Shown here piece after piece: positions 11,836 to 23,718 of a stretch of DNA of 64,000 bases. A program made the translations under genes and the position numbers. The notes beneath the pieces are model-generated. The model did no database searches. It saw nothing but the letters and a program-made list of their open reading frames with translations, and was not told where the DNA came from. How positions within the stretch are numbered: the first letter of the stretch is position 1; the number at the start of each line of letters is the position of its first letter. The DNA is from Macrostomum lignano (taxonomy: Eukaryota): NCBI GenBank assembly GCA_002269645.1, contig NIVC01000575.1, positions 248,001-312,000 on the forward strand, in the 5' to 3' direction.

Positions 11836-14800
11836 CAGACAGACACAGACCTGTGCAGATTGGCCAGTATCGCCAGATAGTCAGCAGCGGCAGGCGGTCT
11901 CCCAGTAGCCAGCTGCGGCATGCTGGAATCCCGCCAGGGCCGCCTGTGCAGCTGCCGCACGGCCTCCAAAATGCGCCGACGAACGCCGACTTGTCGGACG
12001 CCGATTTTTTCAAGCGCCGAGTCTGTCGTCGTCAGCAGGTCAACAAAAGTCAAAGAGTGAGCGCGAAATTGGTTTGCCACTTCTGGATAGCCTAAAGAAA
12101 ACAGAGCGAGGTTTTAGGGTTAACTACTAGCCTGATTTCAATATCAAAGGTGTGGCATCAAACAAAGAGAGGAATCTCATGAGATTGTCTCTGTTAATGA
12201 TTGAAAGTTCTTGATCCATATTCTCTGAAATCCCGTGATTCTACTAGGCAACTACTTTCAATCCTCTTTTAAGTGCGCATAAGCAAGTACCATATAAGCT
12301 AACTACTCAGCCACTTCCTAAAGAGTGCCGCTTAGAATACGCCCTAAATCGGGAGTTTCAATCAATCTGTCTAAATCTAAATGTCTTATAATAGTTTTTA
12401 TGTCAGTTTTTGATGCCATTTAAACTTTGAAATTACCCAGAAATTTTTTGCGCGGCATTCATTGTAGTCACTGCCTTATATCTATGCACCAAACTGCATA
12501 GCCAGATCTTTAGAAGTGTCACACACTAACGAAATAACTCTATAAAACTTAAAGGCGCGGCTATCTGAACTTTATTTTGGCGGTTTTTTGTAGGAAACCA
12601 AGGATGCACAAGACAGCTGGCACTACGAAAAAAGACCGGCAAGTGAAGTCGGCCATGAGCTATGGCCAGCAATCCAGCTCCACGAACACCTCAATGAGCA
12701 GCTCGAGGGAGCCCACCAGGACTCAGTTGACCACTGAACAGAATGAGGAGAGCCTGAAGGAGTTCAAGGACCGGCTGGACAGCACAATCCAGCAGCTGGC
12801 CGGCTTGGCAACTCTGCTGTCCGGCAGCGAAGTGGCGACCGGACCTGCCGCCGACACCGCGACCAACACCGGAGGCAGACGACGTCGTCAAGTCCCCTGC
12901 AACAGCAGCAACCGCGGGGACTCGCTGACGCAGCAGCCGCCTCCAACGAAGCCGGTGGAAACCGGTACTCCGCCCTGCTGTGTCTGTCGATGCCACGGAG
13001 AATCCGCCGCCGCGGGTGCCTACCAGATGGACGACGCGGCGACAACTTCGGAGACGGTAAAGTCGCTACCAATGAGGCAGGCTAATGCTCAGCTGGCTAG
13101 TCGGAACGCCACACAGAAGCAGCAGCAGCAGCAGGAGCAGCAGCAACAACAGCAGCAGAAGAAGAAGACGGCTTTAGCTAGGTATTTTTAAAATTATACA
13201 TAGAAAATTTAGAGTTCATCTTTTTAAAGAAGAGTTTGTAGCGCATGCAGTTCAAAGAAGTTTCAAAATAGCCCAACAGCCATCTTGTAATTAATTCTCC
13301 TTCTAGCTGTAGCCGCGTGCTGTGCCATGACAGTGACAGTTCATACAATTGTTCATGGTTCATTTGAAACTAGCTCAGTTGCAGAATACATCAACTTTTC
13401 AGAATGGCTAACCCCATCGGTCACATGCAATTAACAGGGCTCACTATTGAAATATAGTTGATAATCGAACTGTATTTATGTTTAAAGCTCATTAGCTGCA
13501 ATCTTCAGTTTTTATAGAGTACAGAATTCTTTTTCAAGGTACGACTATTTATCCGTCTTGACTCGTGGGTTGAATTATCCTCCGCCTTGTACATCACCGG
13601 TGGTTTCTTTCTCATCAGGACATGCGGTTCTACTCATGATCCACCGTGTACGCTCGTATTGACTGGAATCAAACCCGAGCAGTTTTCAAAGCACAGTTCA
13701 AAAAACCTGCTTTGAAAATGGTAATATAAAAAGCTACACCAAACCTGCCATTGGATCATTTAATAGGAAGGACCCAGGCCCAGAGGTTCGCAGTCAAGAA
13801 GCCCAACAGCAGTCTAATGTCATTCGGTTCCTGTGGTTCGATCCAGTTCGTCGTCGCTACGCCTCCAGACAGGCTGAGCTGATCTGCGCAAAATCTGTTC
13901 GGCGCCTGCACCTGTGCGTGCACTTCTTCCGGGTCTGCGGCGAGGACCTGCTGCTGCTGGAGAAGGACTGCGGCGATGGTCTGGCTTTTCTGGACGTCGA
14001 CTCGACTGTAGCCTTCGAAGGGCTCAGCGTTGAGAAGGTGCTCCGACTGCAGAAGCTCGGCTGCCAGCTGCAGCCGGAGGATCTGTCTCGCGAGTTCGCG
14101 GTGGAGAAGGGCTCAAGCAAGTACTACGTGGTGCCGGTGGAGGCAGACGTTGCGGCCGGTGACTGGAGACTGTGCTCCGGTGCTGCTGCTCAAGCCAGGC
14201 TTGAGTCACTCCGGCGGATGGTCGAGCAGCGGGGGGCTCGGCGTGACGGTGGGAGGTCGTGAGGCTTGCGTGCTCAAGTAAGAAATCACTTGTTCTAAAG
14301 CCGATGTTTGGTCTCTGGAATATTTCGAGAGGAAAGTTTATTGAAAAGATTATCAAGTGAAATTTGTGCTATGCGTCAGGTGGAGTTCCAACTTGAGACC
14401 AGCTGATATATTTTTATTGTTTCCAGGTAACGATTAGCCACCTGGAAGCAAATGTTGGTTTGCATTTGCGCTAACATTATTTGTTACTTTGATCTGCTAA
14501 CTTTTCAGTATACTTTGTATTAACAATCCTGGCAGCGGATGAGACTCACACCACACGGTCTGGTTGCAATATTATTTGTTAGTTCCTGGCGTGAAAAAAA
14601 TACGAAAAGCGACAAAAGCACGAACAAAGACTAATAGTTTGCTTTAAATTATACACTTGTATGGATTTTCAATTCGGCTTAATTTATTAACTTTGGTACT
14701 GTAAACTGTTCTAAACAATTCCTTGTACCACTGGTAGTCAAGCTTAGTAATTGGAGTTGCATTTGGAGTGCTGTATAAAACAGTATTTTCGTGGCAGAAA

Positions 14801-17396
14801 TATCGCTCTAAAAAGTCCCGCTTGAAGACAGTATTGTAGCATTGTACTAAATGTACGAGTACATGGATTTTAGTTAGAATCGGACTGGTTAATTGCGGTA
14901 GAGGCTGGAACGTGATAAACACTCGGATGGCCAAGACTGCGGTTTTGTACCGAGTTCGAAGGCGACGGAGCTTCCGCGATGTCAGCCGTTTGACTACATT
15001 GGCGGTAGTCTGGTTCCCGACGTGCGCGAGGATTCGCGGCGTCGCCGCGGGCCTGCCTGCGCTTCCTTTCGCTCTGTGAGGCCGGTCCTGCAGCCCGAGG
15101 ACCTACCTCACTGCCGGCTGCCTTCTAGATAGGCGACGAGCAAGTCACAAACGCGGCACTGTATCGCTGCGTCGGCCTGGTTTGTCCAAACGAACCGTTG
15201 CGGTAACTCCAGCTGGTCCAGCACATCATCCGTGCCAAGTCGTACAGGTGCGGACTTGGTGCTTCGTTGACTGCCTGCTGGCTGACGCTGGCGTGTCATA
15301 TTTGGTTCGGTCCTGACCCCGAGGCGCACTCTGAGACGCTGTTTTCTTTAAGAAATGACTGACAGCGTATTTTGTTGTGTTATTATCAAGGTAGGACTAA
15401 TAATTCATTCTTGACTGTCACACCTCTACTTTGATTCTTTATGTTGAGCACTTGTGAAGGGTACTTTACTTCCAAAATGACCGAGAAGTAGGTAAATGAC
15501 CAAAATATTGTCCATAAATCTTAAAAAAGACGTGAAGAAAAGACTTCACTCAGTCTTCGTACTGGGTATGGTTAAGATTGCAGCAAGGCCAGAAACCATG
15601 GCAAAGAAGACTCACAAAGTGATATTTGAAGTTTACTATTGAACTAGTATAAACCTCAATGCTACATGTAGTAGTCTAAGCTCATAAGGTTGTTTGGAGT
15701 CCGTGCAGGGTTTCGAACCCTGTTTTATGAGGTTTTTAAAAGCGTCAAGGTATAATAGATCAGTAAATCGTTTGTTCGTAAGTTATGTCTTGCCGTTTTA
15801 TCTGACGTTAAGTCGTGTTAGTATTTTACTGTATTAATAAGTATCCGAGTTTGTCGATTCAGTCTATCTTTCGCTTTTTATACCTTTTTTTAAATATTTA
15901 TTCCATCTATCTATCGCCAGTAAGCAACCTGATTAAAATACACAATTGCAATGACAGGGTGACGTCATGACAGTGACATTAGGAGAGGGTGACATCATGA
16001 AAGTGACATTAGGAGAGGGTGACGTCATGACAGTGACATTAGGAGAGGGTGACGTCATGACAGTGACATTAGGAGAGGGTGACATCATGACAGTGACATT
16101 AGGAGAGGGTGACGTCATGACAGTGACATTAGGAGAGGGTGACGTCACGACAGGACAGGAATGTGTCAGGAGAGGGTGGCGGTGAATACAGGATGATGTC
16201 AAGGCATGAGATGTCAGGAGAGGCCGATTTCAGGTTAGGATGGAATGACCATAAAAGGATTGCTCACCGATGCCGTAGAAAAAGCTGGACAGGTCGTCCA
16301 GTTTGGCGGATTCATCGTCGGCGCTGGTCGAGCCGACGCTGGGGGCAACTTCACCGATACATCCCTCGCCGTCGCCGTCGCCCGCCAGAGAGACGGTCAG
16401 CTCGCCTACGGGACTGTCGATGAGGCGGGCCACCCGTGGATAGCCGGCGTTGGCTGCTAACTCAGCCGCCGTGTGGCCCCGACGATCCCGACGGTCGGGC
16501 TTGGCGCCGCCGGACAGCAGGGCCTCAACGGAGCGGAGATTGCCTCTGGCAGCGGCTTCCATTAGCGGTGTGCGCCCGTCCGATCCGGCCGACAGCGTAT
16601 CGACCCCGGCGCCATCGGCCAGGAGGCGAGCGACAACCCGAGGATAATTGAATCGAGCAGCCAGGTGCAGAGCCGTGCCCTGTCTGATTGATGACGAATT
16701 ATCCACTTATTAAACTTGGTGAAAAATTAGCGACATTTATTGAACTAGTGGAGAAAGGTGAAGGCACTAATCTCTAATGAGAACTCACCTAGCCGACACG
16801 GTATTAATAGTCTCCTTAGCTCCGCAGTCCATCAGCAATTGAATCATTTCTAGAACCGCAGATTCGTCGCTGTGCCGACTGCCGCTGCCGCAGGCGGCCA
16901 TCAGGCTGGTGGTGCCGTCGGCGGAGACACGGTCAGCGCGTGCACCCTTGTCAATCAAGGCGGCGACCATCTCGATGTTGCACCGTTCGGCAGCCAGCAT
17001 TAGAGGCGTCCAGCCGTTCTTCAACGGCGCATTGATGTCAAAGTCAGCCGTCGAAGCCAGACGGTCAAGCAGTTCGTCCAGCTTCTGGCCAAGCTGACGG
17101 CTACTGATGGCCTCTTGGAGCTGCAGCTGAGCCAGGGAACTTCGCTGCTGCGGCTGCCGCTGGCCCCAGCCGCTACTGCCGACCGTCATTGCTGCTGCCG
17201 CCGTCGCCTCGCCAGGATGCGGCAGCGAAGCCCGGAATCGTTGCTGCAGCCGACGCCGCTGTCCAGCCTCGACGCCAGCAGACGGGTCAATGATTGCGTC
17301 ATCATCGTCGTCGTCGTAGTCATCTTCATCGTCATAGTCGTCATCGTCGTCGTCGTAACATTCGCCGTCGATTAAGAAGTTGCCTCGGGATTGCAT
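10663..17396 (-). CDS. ASZ1: Ankyrin repeat, SAM and leucine-zipper protein with C-terminal TM anchor (GASZ/ASZ1), ~571 aa; exons 17396-16789, 16683-16268, 12091-11851, 11113-10663
   Basis: Acidic N-terminus and ankyrin repeats ([28 protein letters not shown]). The SAM domain is rebuilt across intron 2 ([12 protein letters not shown]|[20 protein letters not shown]), followed by a helical region and a hydrophobic tail ending KRR. All three junctions are GT-AG and phase-compatible (1716 nt). This domain order is that of ASZ1/GASZ. Confidence 0.88.
11157..11850. repeat. Imperfect (GACA)n microsatellite filling ASZ1 intron 3
   Basis: Direct inspection; source of the SVCL/QTDR pseudo-ORFs. Confidence 0.97.
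12604..13191 (+). CDS. Candidate orphan protein (~195 aa) nested antisense in ASZ1 intron 2
   Basis: ATG-initiated ORF with GC-rich codon use like the neighbouring exons, an amphipathic segment ([25 protein letters not shown]) and a polyQ tract. AG acceptor at ~12593. Confidence 0.5.
   Translation: MHKTAGTTKKDRQVKSAMSYGQQSSSTNTSMSSSREPTRTQLTTEQNEESLKEFKDRLDSTIQQLAGLATLLSGSEVATGPAADTATNTGGRRRRQVPCNSSNRGDSLTQQPPPTKPVETGTPPCCVCRCHGESAAAGAYQMDDAATTSETVKSLPMRQANAQLASRNATQKQQQQQEQQQQQQQKKKTALARYF
13767..14262 (+). CDS. Candidate terminal coding exon of a second nested gene, possibly ubiquitin-like fold
   Basis: The frame is open from 13663 to the stop at 14262 and reads like a globular domain. 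Possible acceptor TAATAG|G at 13766. The start was not found. Confidence 0.45.
15955..16150. repeat. 30-bp minisatellite (GACGTCATGACAGTGACATTAGGAGAGGGT), ~6.5 copies
   Basis: Tandem units in ASZ1 intron 2. Confidence 0.95.
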
Positions 17397-17504
17397 ATTC
17401 AGATGGGCTTATCTGTTGTTCGGGTGGCGACTGAAAAAGAGCGCATGGTTTTACTGTTGATTCTCTAATTAGCAACATCTATTTCTAGCCATTAGCGAGA
17501 CCTT

Positions 17505-17830
17505 TCATTTCGAGGTCATTCCCGCTTCAGCCAATCAGCTAATTTCAATTTCAAGGTCATTCCCGCTTAAGCCAATCAGATAATTTCAATTTCGAGGTCA
17601 TTCCCGCTTCAGCCAATCAGCTAATTTCAATTTCGAGGTCATCCCCGCTTCAGCCAATCAGCTAATTTCAATTTCGAGGTCATCCCCGCTTCAGCCAATC
17701 AGCTAATTTCAATTTCAAGGTCATTCCCGCTTCAGCCAATCAGATAATTACAAGTGTTCAATGTCATTCCCGCTTCAGCCAATCAGCTAATTTCAAGTGT
17801 TCAATGTCATTCCCGCTTTAGCCAATCAGT
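17505..17830. repeat. ~41-bp tandem array, each unit containing AGCCAATCAG (CCAAT box)
   Basis: About 8 units directly upstream of the ASZ1 start codon. Confidence 0.9.
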
Positions 17831-19352
17831 TTAGATCATTCCCATTCTAGTGTATCAGTCACTTTGTTTTTATTTGACTTTTGATTTCAAGGTCATCACA
17901 CATTTATAGTTTATCATCAAACATTATTCTTATTCCTCTATTTCCAGCCAATCAGTAAATTTCAAGATCGACCCAAATTCATAAACTTTTAATACAGGGT
18001 TCTAGCCAGTCAGAATTAAATGAAATTACAAAACACAAAAATTTGCGTAACGTTTGCGTGCAATAAAAGCCTTAACAGACAGGCACACAAAGTGCAAGTA
18101 TAATTTGCTTGCCGGTGCTTTTCAAGCCGCAACAATTATGTTCTGCTTTGCATTAGCAATAATCAAACGCACAGCACACAAACAAATTTCTAATAGAAAA
18201 ATTGTGTTTGCAAGTTAAATTCTACAAACTGAATGCTGTCACAAGGTTGTTATATTATTTATATTTAAACTGTTTGATGTAGTAAAGCAAATAATTACAG
18301 GCAAAAACAGTATTGCAAAAAGTATTTTTACTGTAATAATAATTAATAGAAGAAATAGCTGGTGGCGAAGGGGTTAAGCTACGGTTTATGGACAATTTAT
18401 TTCAATAATAATAGTAGCTGTTACAGGCTCAGTGGTCACTGATTCTTCGGAGTTGAGTAAGGACAGAGTGACAAAGGAAGAGCACTCGATGACAAGTGCT
18501 TGAAAATAAAAATGTGATTAAATAAAATTAAGCACCGCAAATCGAATAGATTTTATACAAAATTCTAAACAAAACATAATCGCTTAATTAGTGCCAACTC
18601 TTCCCCCATTCCATTGAGTGCAGATGCTAGATTCACCTATACACCAGAATAACACCAAGGAGACAACACTGACGAACCGGATAGAAGCCGAACAGAAAAC
18701 ATTAGAGAATTCCAATGAGAAATGTATTTACCTTTTTGTTGATGTCTAATTATTAAGACAATTTCTTTAAGTACTACAAGGCTTTTCCAGTTATAGATGC
18801 TTATAATTAAAACTTTGGTTGCTTAACTCATATATAAAAAATATATTAATTTAGACTTATTAATAATAGAAATATGCATACTCATACATAAATATGACAT
18901 AAGTTAAGAAAAGAGCAGTCGATGCAGACAAGATTACAGAAACAAACCAGTACACAGGTGAATAATTATGTCTATCTTACGTCTAATATATATTATCGCA
19001 CACTATCAAGTAAATATGCAATTTTTAAATGTATTTTAAAGTTGTTTCAGTTTACTTAATAAAAAACACGCACAGTGGGGCCGGCATATCAAATAACACA
19101 TTAGCTGATAAAGCGAGCTACACCAAGGAGCGGAACTCGCTCCAGGCGCTAAGAAACATTTTTGTAAGCTAAAAAGAAGAAAAAAAACGGCTGAGCAGCA
19201 AAATGAAAAATTCGATAAAGACAGAAAATTACAGCAGATAGTTGGAGAAATAAACAAAAAATAGCAACAAACAAATTAAACAGGGTTGACACGCATGTAC
19301 AGTACATGGATTACTAATAAGTAAAAATTATATTTATTAAGATCATTAACGT

Positions 19353-20230
19353 CTATTGGGGTGAGATTCCCGACTTCCTGACTATTGGGGTGAGATTCCT
19401 GACTTCCTGTCTATTGTTGTGAAATTCCCGACTTCCTGTCTATTGGGGTGAGATTCCTGACTTCCTGACTATTGGGGTGAGATTCCCGACTTCCTGACTA
19501 TTGGGGTGAGATTCCTGACTTCCTGACTATTGGGGTGAGATTCCTGACTTCCTGACTATTGGGGTGAGATTCCCGACTTCCTGACTATTGGGGTGAGATT
19601 CCTGACTTCCTGACTATTGGGGTGAGATTCCCGACTTCCTGACTATTGGGGTGAGATTCCTGACTTCCTGTCTATTGTTGTGAAATTCCCGACTTCCTGT
19701 CTATTGGGGTGAGATTCCTGACTTCCTGACTATTGGGGTGAGATTCCCGACTTCCTGACTATTGGGGTGAGATTCCGGACTTCCTGACTATTGGGGTGAG
19801 ATTCCTGACTTCCTGTCTATTGTTGTGAGATTCCCGACTTCCTGACTATTGTTGTGAGATTCCCGACTTCCTGACTATTGGGGTGAGATTCCTGACTTCC
19901 TGTCTATTGGGGTGAGATTCCTGACTTCCTGTCTATTGTTGTGAGATTCCCGACTTCCTGTCTATTGTTGTGAGATTCCCGACTTCCTGACTATTGTTGT
20001 GAGATTCCCGACTTCCTGACTATTGGGGTGAGATTCCTGACTTCCTGTCTATTGGGGTGAGATTCCTGACTTCCTGTCTATTGGGGTGAGATTCCTGACT
20101 TCCTGTCTATTGGGGTGAGATTCCTGACTTCCCGACTATTGGGGTGAGATTCCTGCATTCTATCTCACAGGGTGAGATTCCTGCATTCTATCCCACGGGG
20201 TGAGATTCCTTCATTCTATCCCACGGGGCA
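19353..20230. repeat. 29-bp minisatellite (CTATTGGGGTGAGATTCCTGACTTCCTGA), ~28 copies
   Basis: Tandem units that shift to a different GGGGTGAGATTCC-containing unit at the right end. Confidence 0.96.
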
Positions 20231-21073
20231 TTCTGTTTGGCAATACATCCTATCGAGAAGGTCTCATTTTGAAGAGACTTAGATTTGAGATCCTAAAGTC
20301 AATTCAGTCAATGGTCGTAAAAGTATTTAGCGACAACCCAAAAGAAACTATGATTGACAGCAGATCTCCTTCGGCTTAAACATAGTCGATAAGAAACAGG
20401 AAATAGGTCAATTTTTTCAAATAATTTAAAATGTTGCGATTAAAAAACTGACCAAAGTTAAACTTACTTTAAGAAAAGGGGTAGAAAAGGTTTAGGAGCA
20501 AAAACAAATCAGTAACCAGCTGCTAAATTGACAGGAAACTGTGAAAAAAAAGCGCGTGGAGATGTTCGTTTCTGGCCCGACAAATAAAGGCAACCAAAAA
20601 ACGGAGCAATTTGCAGTACACACTACTACCTAAAGTAATGCCACTTAGACTATTAATTTTGGTTTGGATTTATGAAAAAAGCAAAGTTGAAGTAATTAAG
20701 AAGAGATACGAAAATGAAACTGGAGCAATGCGAGTAACGCGTTGTCATGGAGACCAAATTAATTAATAACAAATATAAATTTTGATAAATTCAACCAGGA
20801 ACTGTGTGACAGTACACACCCCAATACAGCTTAGCAACTTAAATATCAGTATATTTACAATATGTCAGGTGTCGGACCAGAGCAATCGAGTACGAGTTTG
20901 ATTGCAACATTTTCAAGGCAACAATAAAGTTCCGATGCGCGAGATTCACGGAAGTGTCGGTGCTGGGCCACTCAAATTGGTTCTTAAATAAAAAAATTAA
21001 TAAAAACTGTTCTGACTTTGTTCCCCCAAAAAAGCCTGTCTTCCCAAAAGACTATTGAATCGCGCTCTCAGTT

Positions 21074-21907
21074 TCAAGGCTGCTGGAACAGTAGCCAGGA
21101 CCCAGCCTCGCTGGTGACAGCCGCTAAATGCGGCTGCTGCTGCTGCTGCTGCTGCTGAGTTGTTCCAGGCGTCTGCTGCTGTTGCTGCGGCTGCTGCTGC
21201 TGCTGCTGCTGATACATGCCGTACACGGCGTCGTGAACAGCGAATGGTTGATATTGAAGCTGCTGTGGCTGCTGCTGAGTAGCTATAGGATAATAATGCA
21301 GCGGCCCAGTTGGCATGTGGTAGTACTGCGGCATAATTGGCAGCTGGTGCACCTGAGGCGGCAGCAGCTGAGGCTGTTGAACAATAGCGGCTGGCTGCTG
21401 TTGCAGCTGTTGAATAGGCAGCTGCTGCTGCTGCTGCTGCTGGGCTGGCGGGGACAGCTTAGCCTGCTTCTGAGCCGTAGCGGCGCCAACCTTAGCTGCG
21501 CTTGAAGCCTGCTGCGGAGTAGCAGCGGCGGCGGCAGCGGCAGCCGGCTGCTGGCCAGCCTTCGGCCTCTTCTTGGGCTTGCGCTGGCTTTTGTAGTCCG
21601 GATAAGCGGACTTGAAGGCCGCCTTCAATCTGGTCGCCTCGTCAACGAATGGCTGCTTGGCCTCGGCCGATAGGGCTTTCCACTCTTCGCCTAGACGGCG
21701 ACTGATGTCGGCGTTGTTCAGTCTGGGATTCTGGGCGGCGATCTCTTTGCGCCTGGGCGTGGCCCACAATAGATAGGGATTCACTGGCCGCTTCACTACG
21801 GCTGCGGCGGCGGCTGCGGCTGCGGCGGCTGCGGCGGCGGCCGCGGCGGCGCCGGGACCAGCGCCCGGTTCAACTGGATGCGCCGACTCGGGCTCGGTGG
21901 TCATCAT
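21074..21907 (-). CDS. Intronless Sox-like HMG-box transcription factor, 277 aa
   Basis: HMG box VKRPVNPYLLWATPRRKEIAAQNPRLNNADISRRLGEEWKALSAEAKQPFVDEATRLKAAFKSAYPDYK, with an N-terminal polyAla tract and a Q/P-rich C-terminus. Confidence 0.9.
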   Translation of the reverse strand: MMTTEPESAHPVEPGAGPGAAAAAAAAAAAAAAAAAVVKRPVNPYLLWATPRRKEIAAQNPRLNNADISRRLGEEWKALSAEAKQPFVDEATRLKAAFKSAYPDYKSQRKPKKRPKAGQQPAAAAAAAATPQQASSAAKVGAATAQKQAKLSPPAQQQQQQQLPIQQLQQQPAAIVQQPQLLPPQVHQLPIMPQYYHMPTGPLHYYPIATQQQPQQLQYQPFAVHDAVYGMYQQQQQQQPQQQQQTPGTTQQQQQQQQPHLAAVTSEAGSWLLFQQP

Positions 21908-22657
21908 GGTAACAGGCCAACACTGCTCTGCAGTTGCAAGATTTTACGCTAGTGCAACAGAGCTGGGAATTCAAAGGACTAATATCAAAATCAGGAACAG
22001 ATCAATCAGCATCTTTCCTAGATTTATTCATAAATAGGTAGATAATAAACTATCCTATATTCTTACCTACTAATATATAGCTGCCATGTACTGTTCTGTC
22101 AACAATCAACATGAATAACAGTATGCTGGGACCTATTTAAAGTTTTCTTTATTTTAGAAAAAAACAAATAGCCAATTGAAATGCCAATTGTTTATTCTAG
22201 CAACTTAAATTTACTAAAAAACTTAAATTTACTCTTGTAGAAAATTAACCCAGATAAGATTTCAACTTAATGCTAACAGAGGCTAGGGAGAGAAAGCTAC
22301 TGTCAATGTGGTATATAATATATATACTATATGGCAATACTTTATAATCTATACTATAATAGACTATTTGTGACTATTTATATAGTTAAGCTATGGCTAG
22401 ACCATAAATAATTTTAATTTTAAAGAAGTGATCTATTATATTTTGTTGAGAGTATTGGCTTAGATATAGTATAAGCTTAGATAGATATATAAATGAAAAT
22501 CCACTTTAGTAACAAGTGATGACAGTGATAGTAAAGGTATATTTTGATATGCTACAACAATACAAAAGAACATTAAGTAGAAAAGACAATTATATATTCT
22601 TTCACTTATAAACTGATATCTACCATTGATGCAAATCATTCAAGCAAAGTATAATAT

Positions 22658-22689
<32 letters not shown>

Positions 22690-23718
22690 GACAAATTTAA
22701 TTAGATAATTGAACTATACAGGTCCTAGCAATAAAATATTTGGCATATTAAACTCCTTAATATATATACGAGTATATAACTAAGCATATTTTATTTTTGT
22801 TTGTCTTATAATAAGGTTAAACTATATAGTTATAGTATTTTTCTATATAAGGTTAGGACAAAAAACACGTTATTAACATTTCAAGTCTATTAGGTATAGA
22901 CTTCAAAAATTGCAAGTCTATACCTAAGCCACAAGCAACATAAACATAAATATACCCTAGAATTATTGGAACAGAATATTCAAAACCTGCAGATGCTAGG
23001 CAATGGTACTTCAAAGGGCCATGCCCGCTTAGCCTTATTAGAATAAGTGGCTTGGATACTCTTGTGCTAAAGACTAAAGATTTGTTACTTATATGCATAT
23101 GCAACTAGGTAAATGGCATAAATAACTTGACTTATTATATATTAAGGCTAAATGCCTTGTCATCTAATTAGTATTACTAATTACTAACTTTTTTTAGGTG
23201 GGGATTTTTTTAATTTATCCCTGGTCTATCACAATTTATAATGGCCAAATTGGCCAGGTTGGCCAGCAGTTGCACATAAATGATTTCTAGAAATCATTGA
23301 TGCAGTTTAACAAATTTTATTGCAAATATTAATTGCACTATATTTACATTTGCAAGTAATGAAAAATTTTGGTAACTAAGTATTTATTGCATGGGATGAA
23401 AGTAATTGATAAACAATAAAACTATTCGGCTAAGAATATTGAATATTAGGACTTTAATTACACTTTTCTAGTTTTTTACATCTGTATTTTTATTTTAAAG
23501 GGAATATAAGCCATGTACCTACATGCATATATACCTATATATATGCACAATGCAGATATACACTTATAAATACACCTGTGCATGCACACATTTGCTTACA
23601 TTCATACCTGCCAAATTTCATAGGCATTCTAGATGATATCTGCAGAATGAAGATATATTTCAATATATAAACTCTTAATGTTTATATTTATATAGATCTA
23701 AAAATAAAACATTTTATG

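Noticed and set aside
10663-12080. Long SVCL/QTDR ORFs (373, 299, 144 aa and others)
   Set aside because: They are translations of the (GACA)n intron. Only their non-repetitive ends are real ASZ1 exons.
20741-20754. GTTGTCATGGAGAC, matching the RFX X-box consensus
   Set aside because: A single degenerate 14-mer downstream of the Sox-like stop, with no ciliary gene promoter nearby; likely chance.
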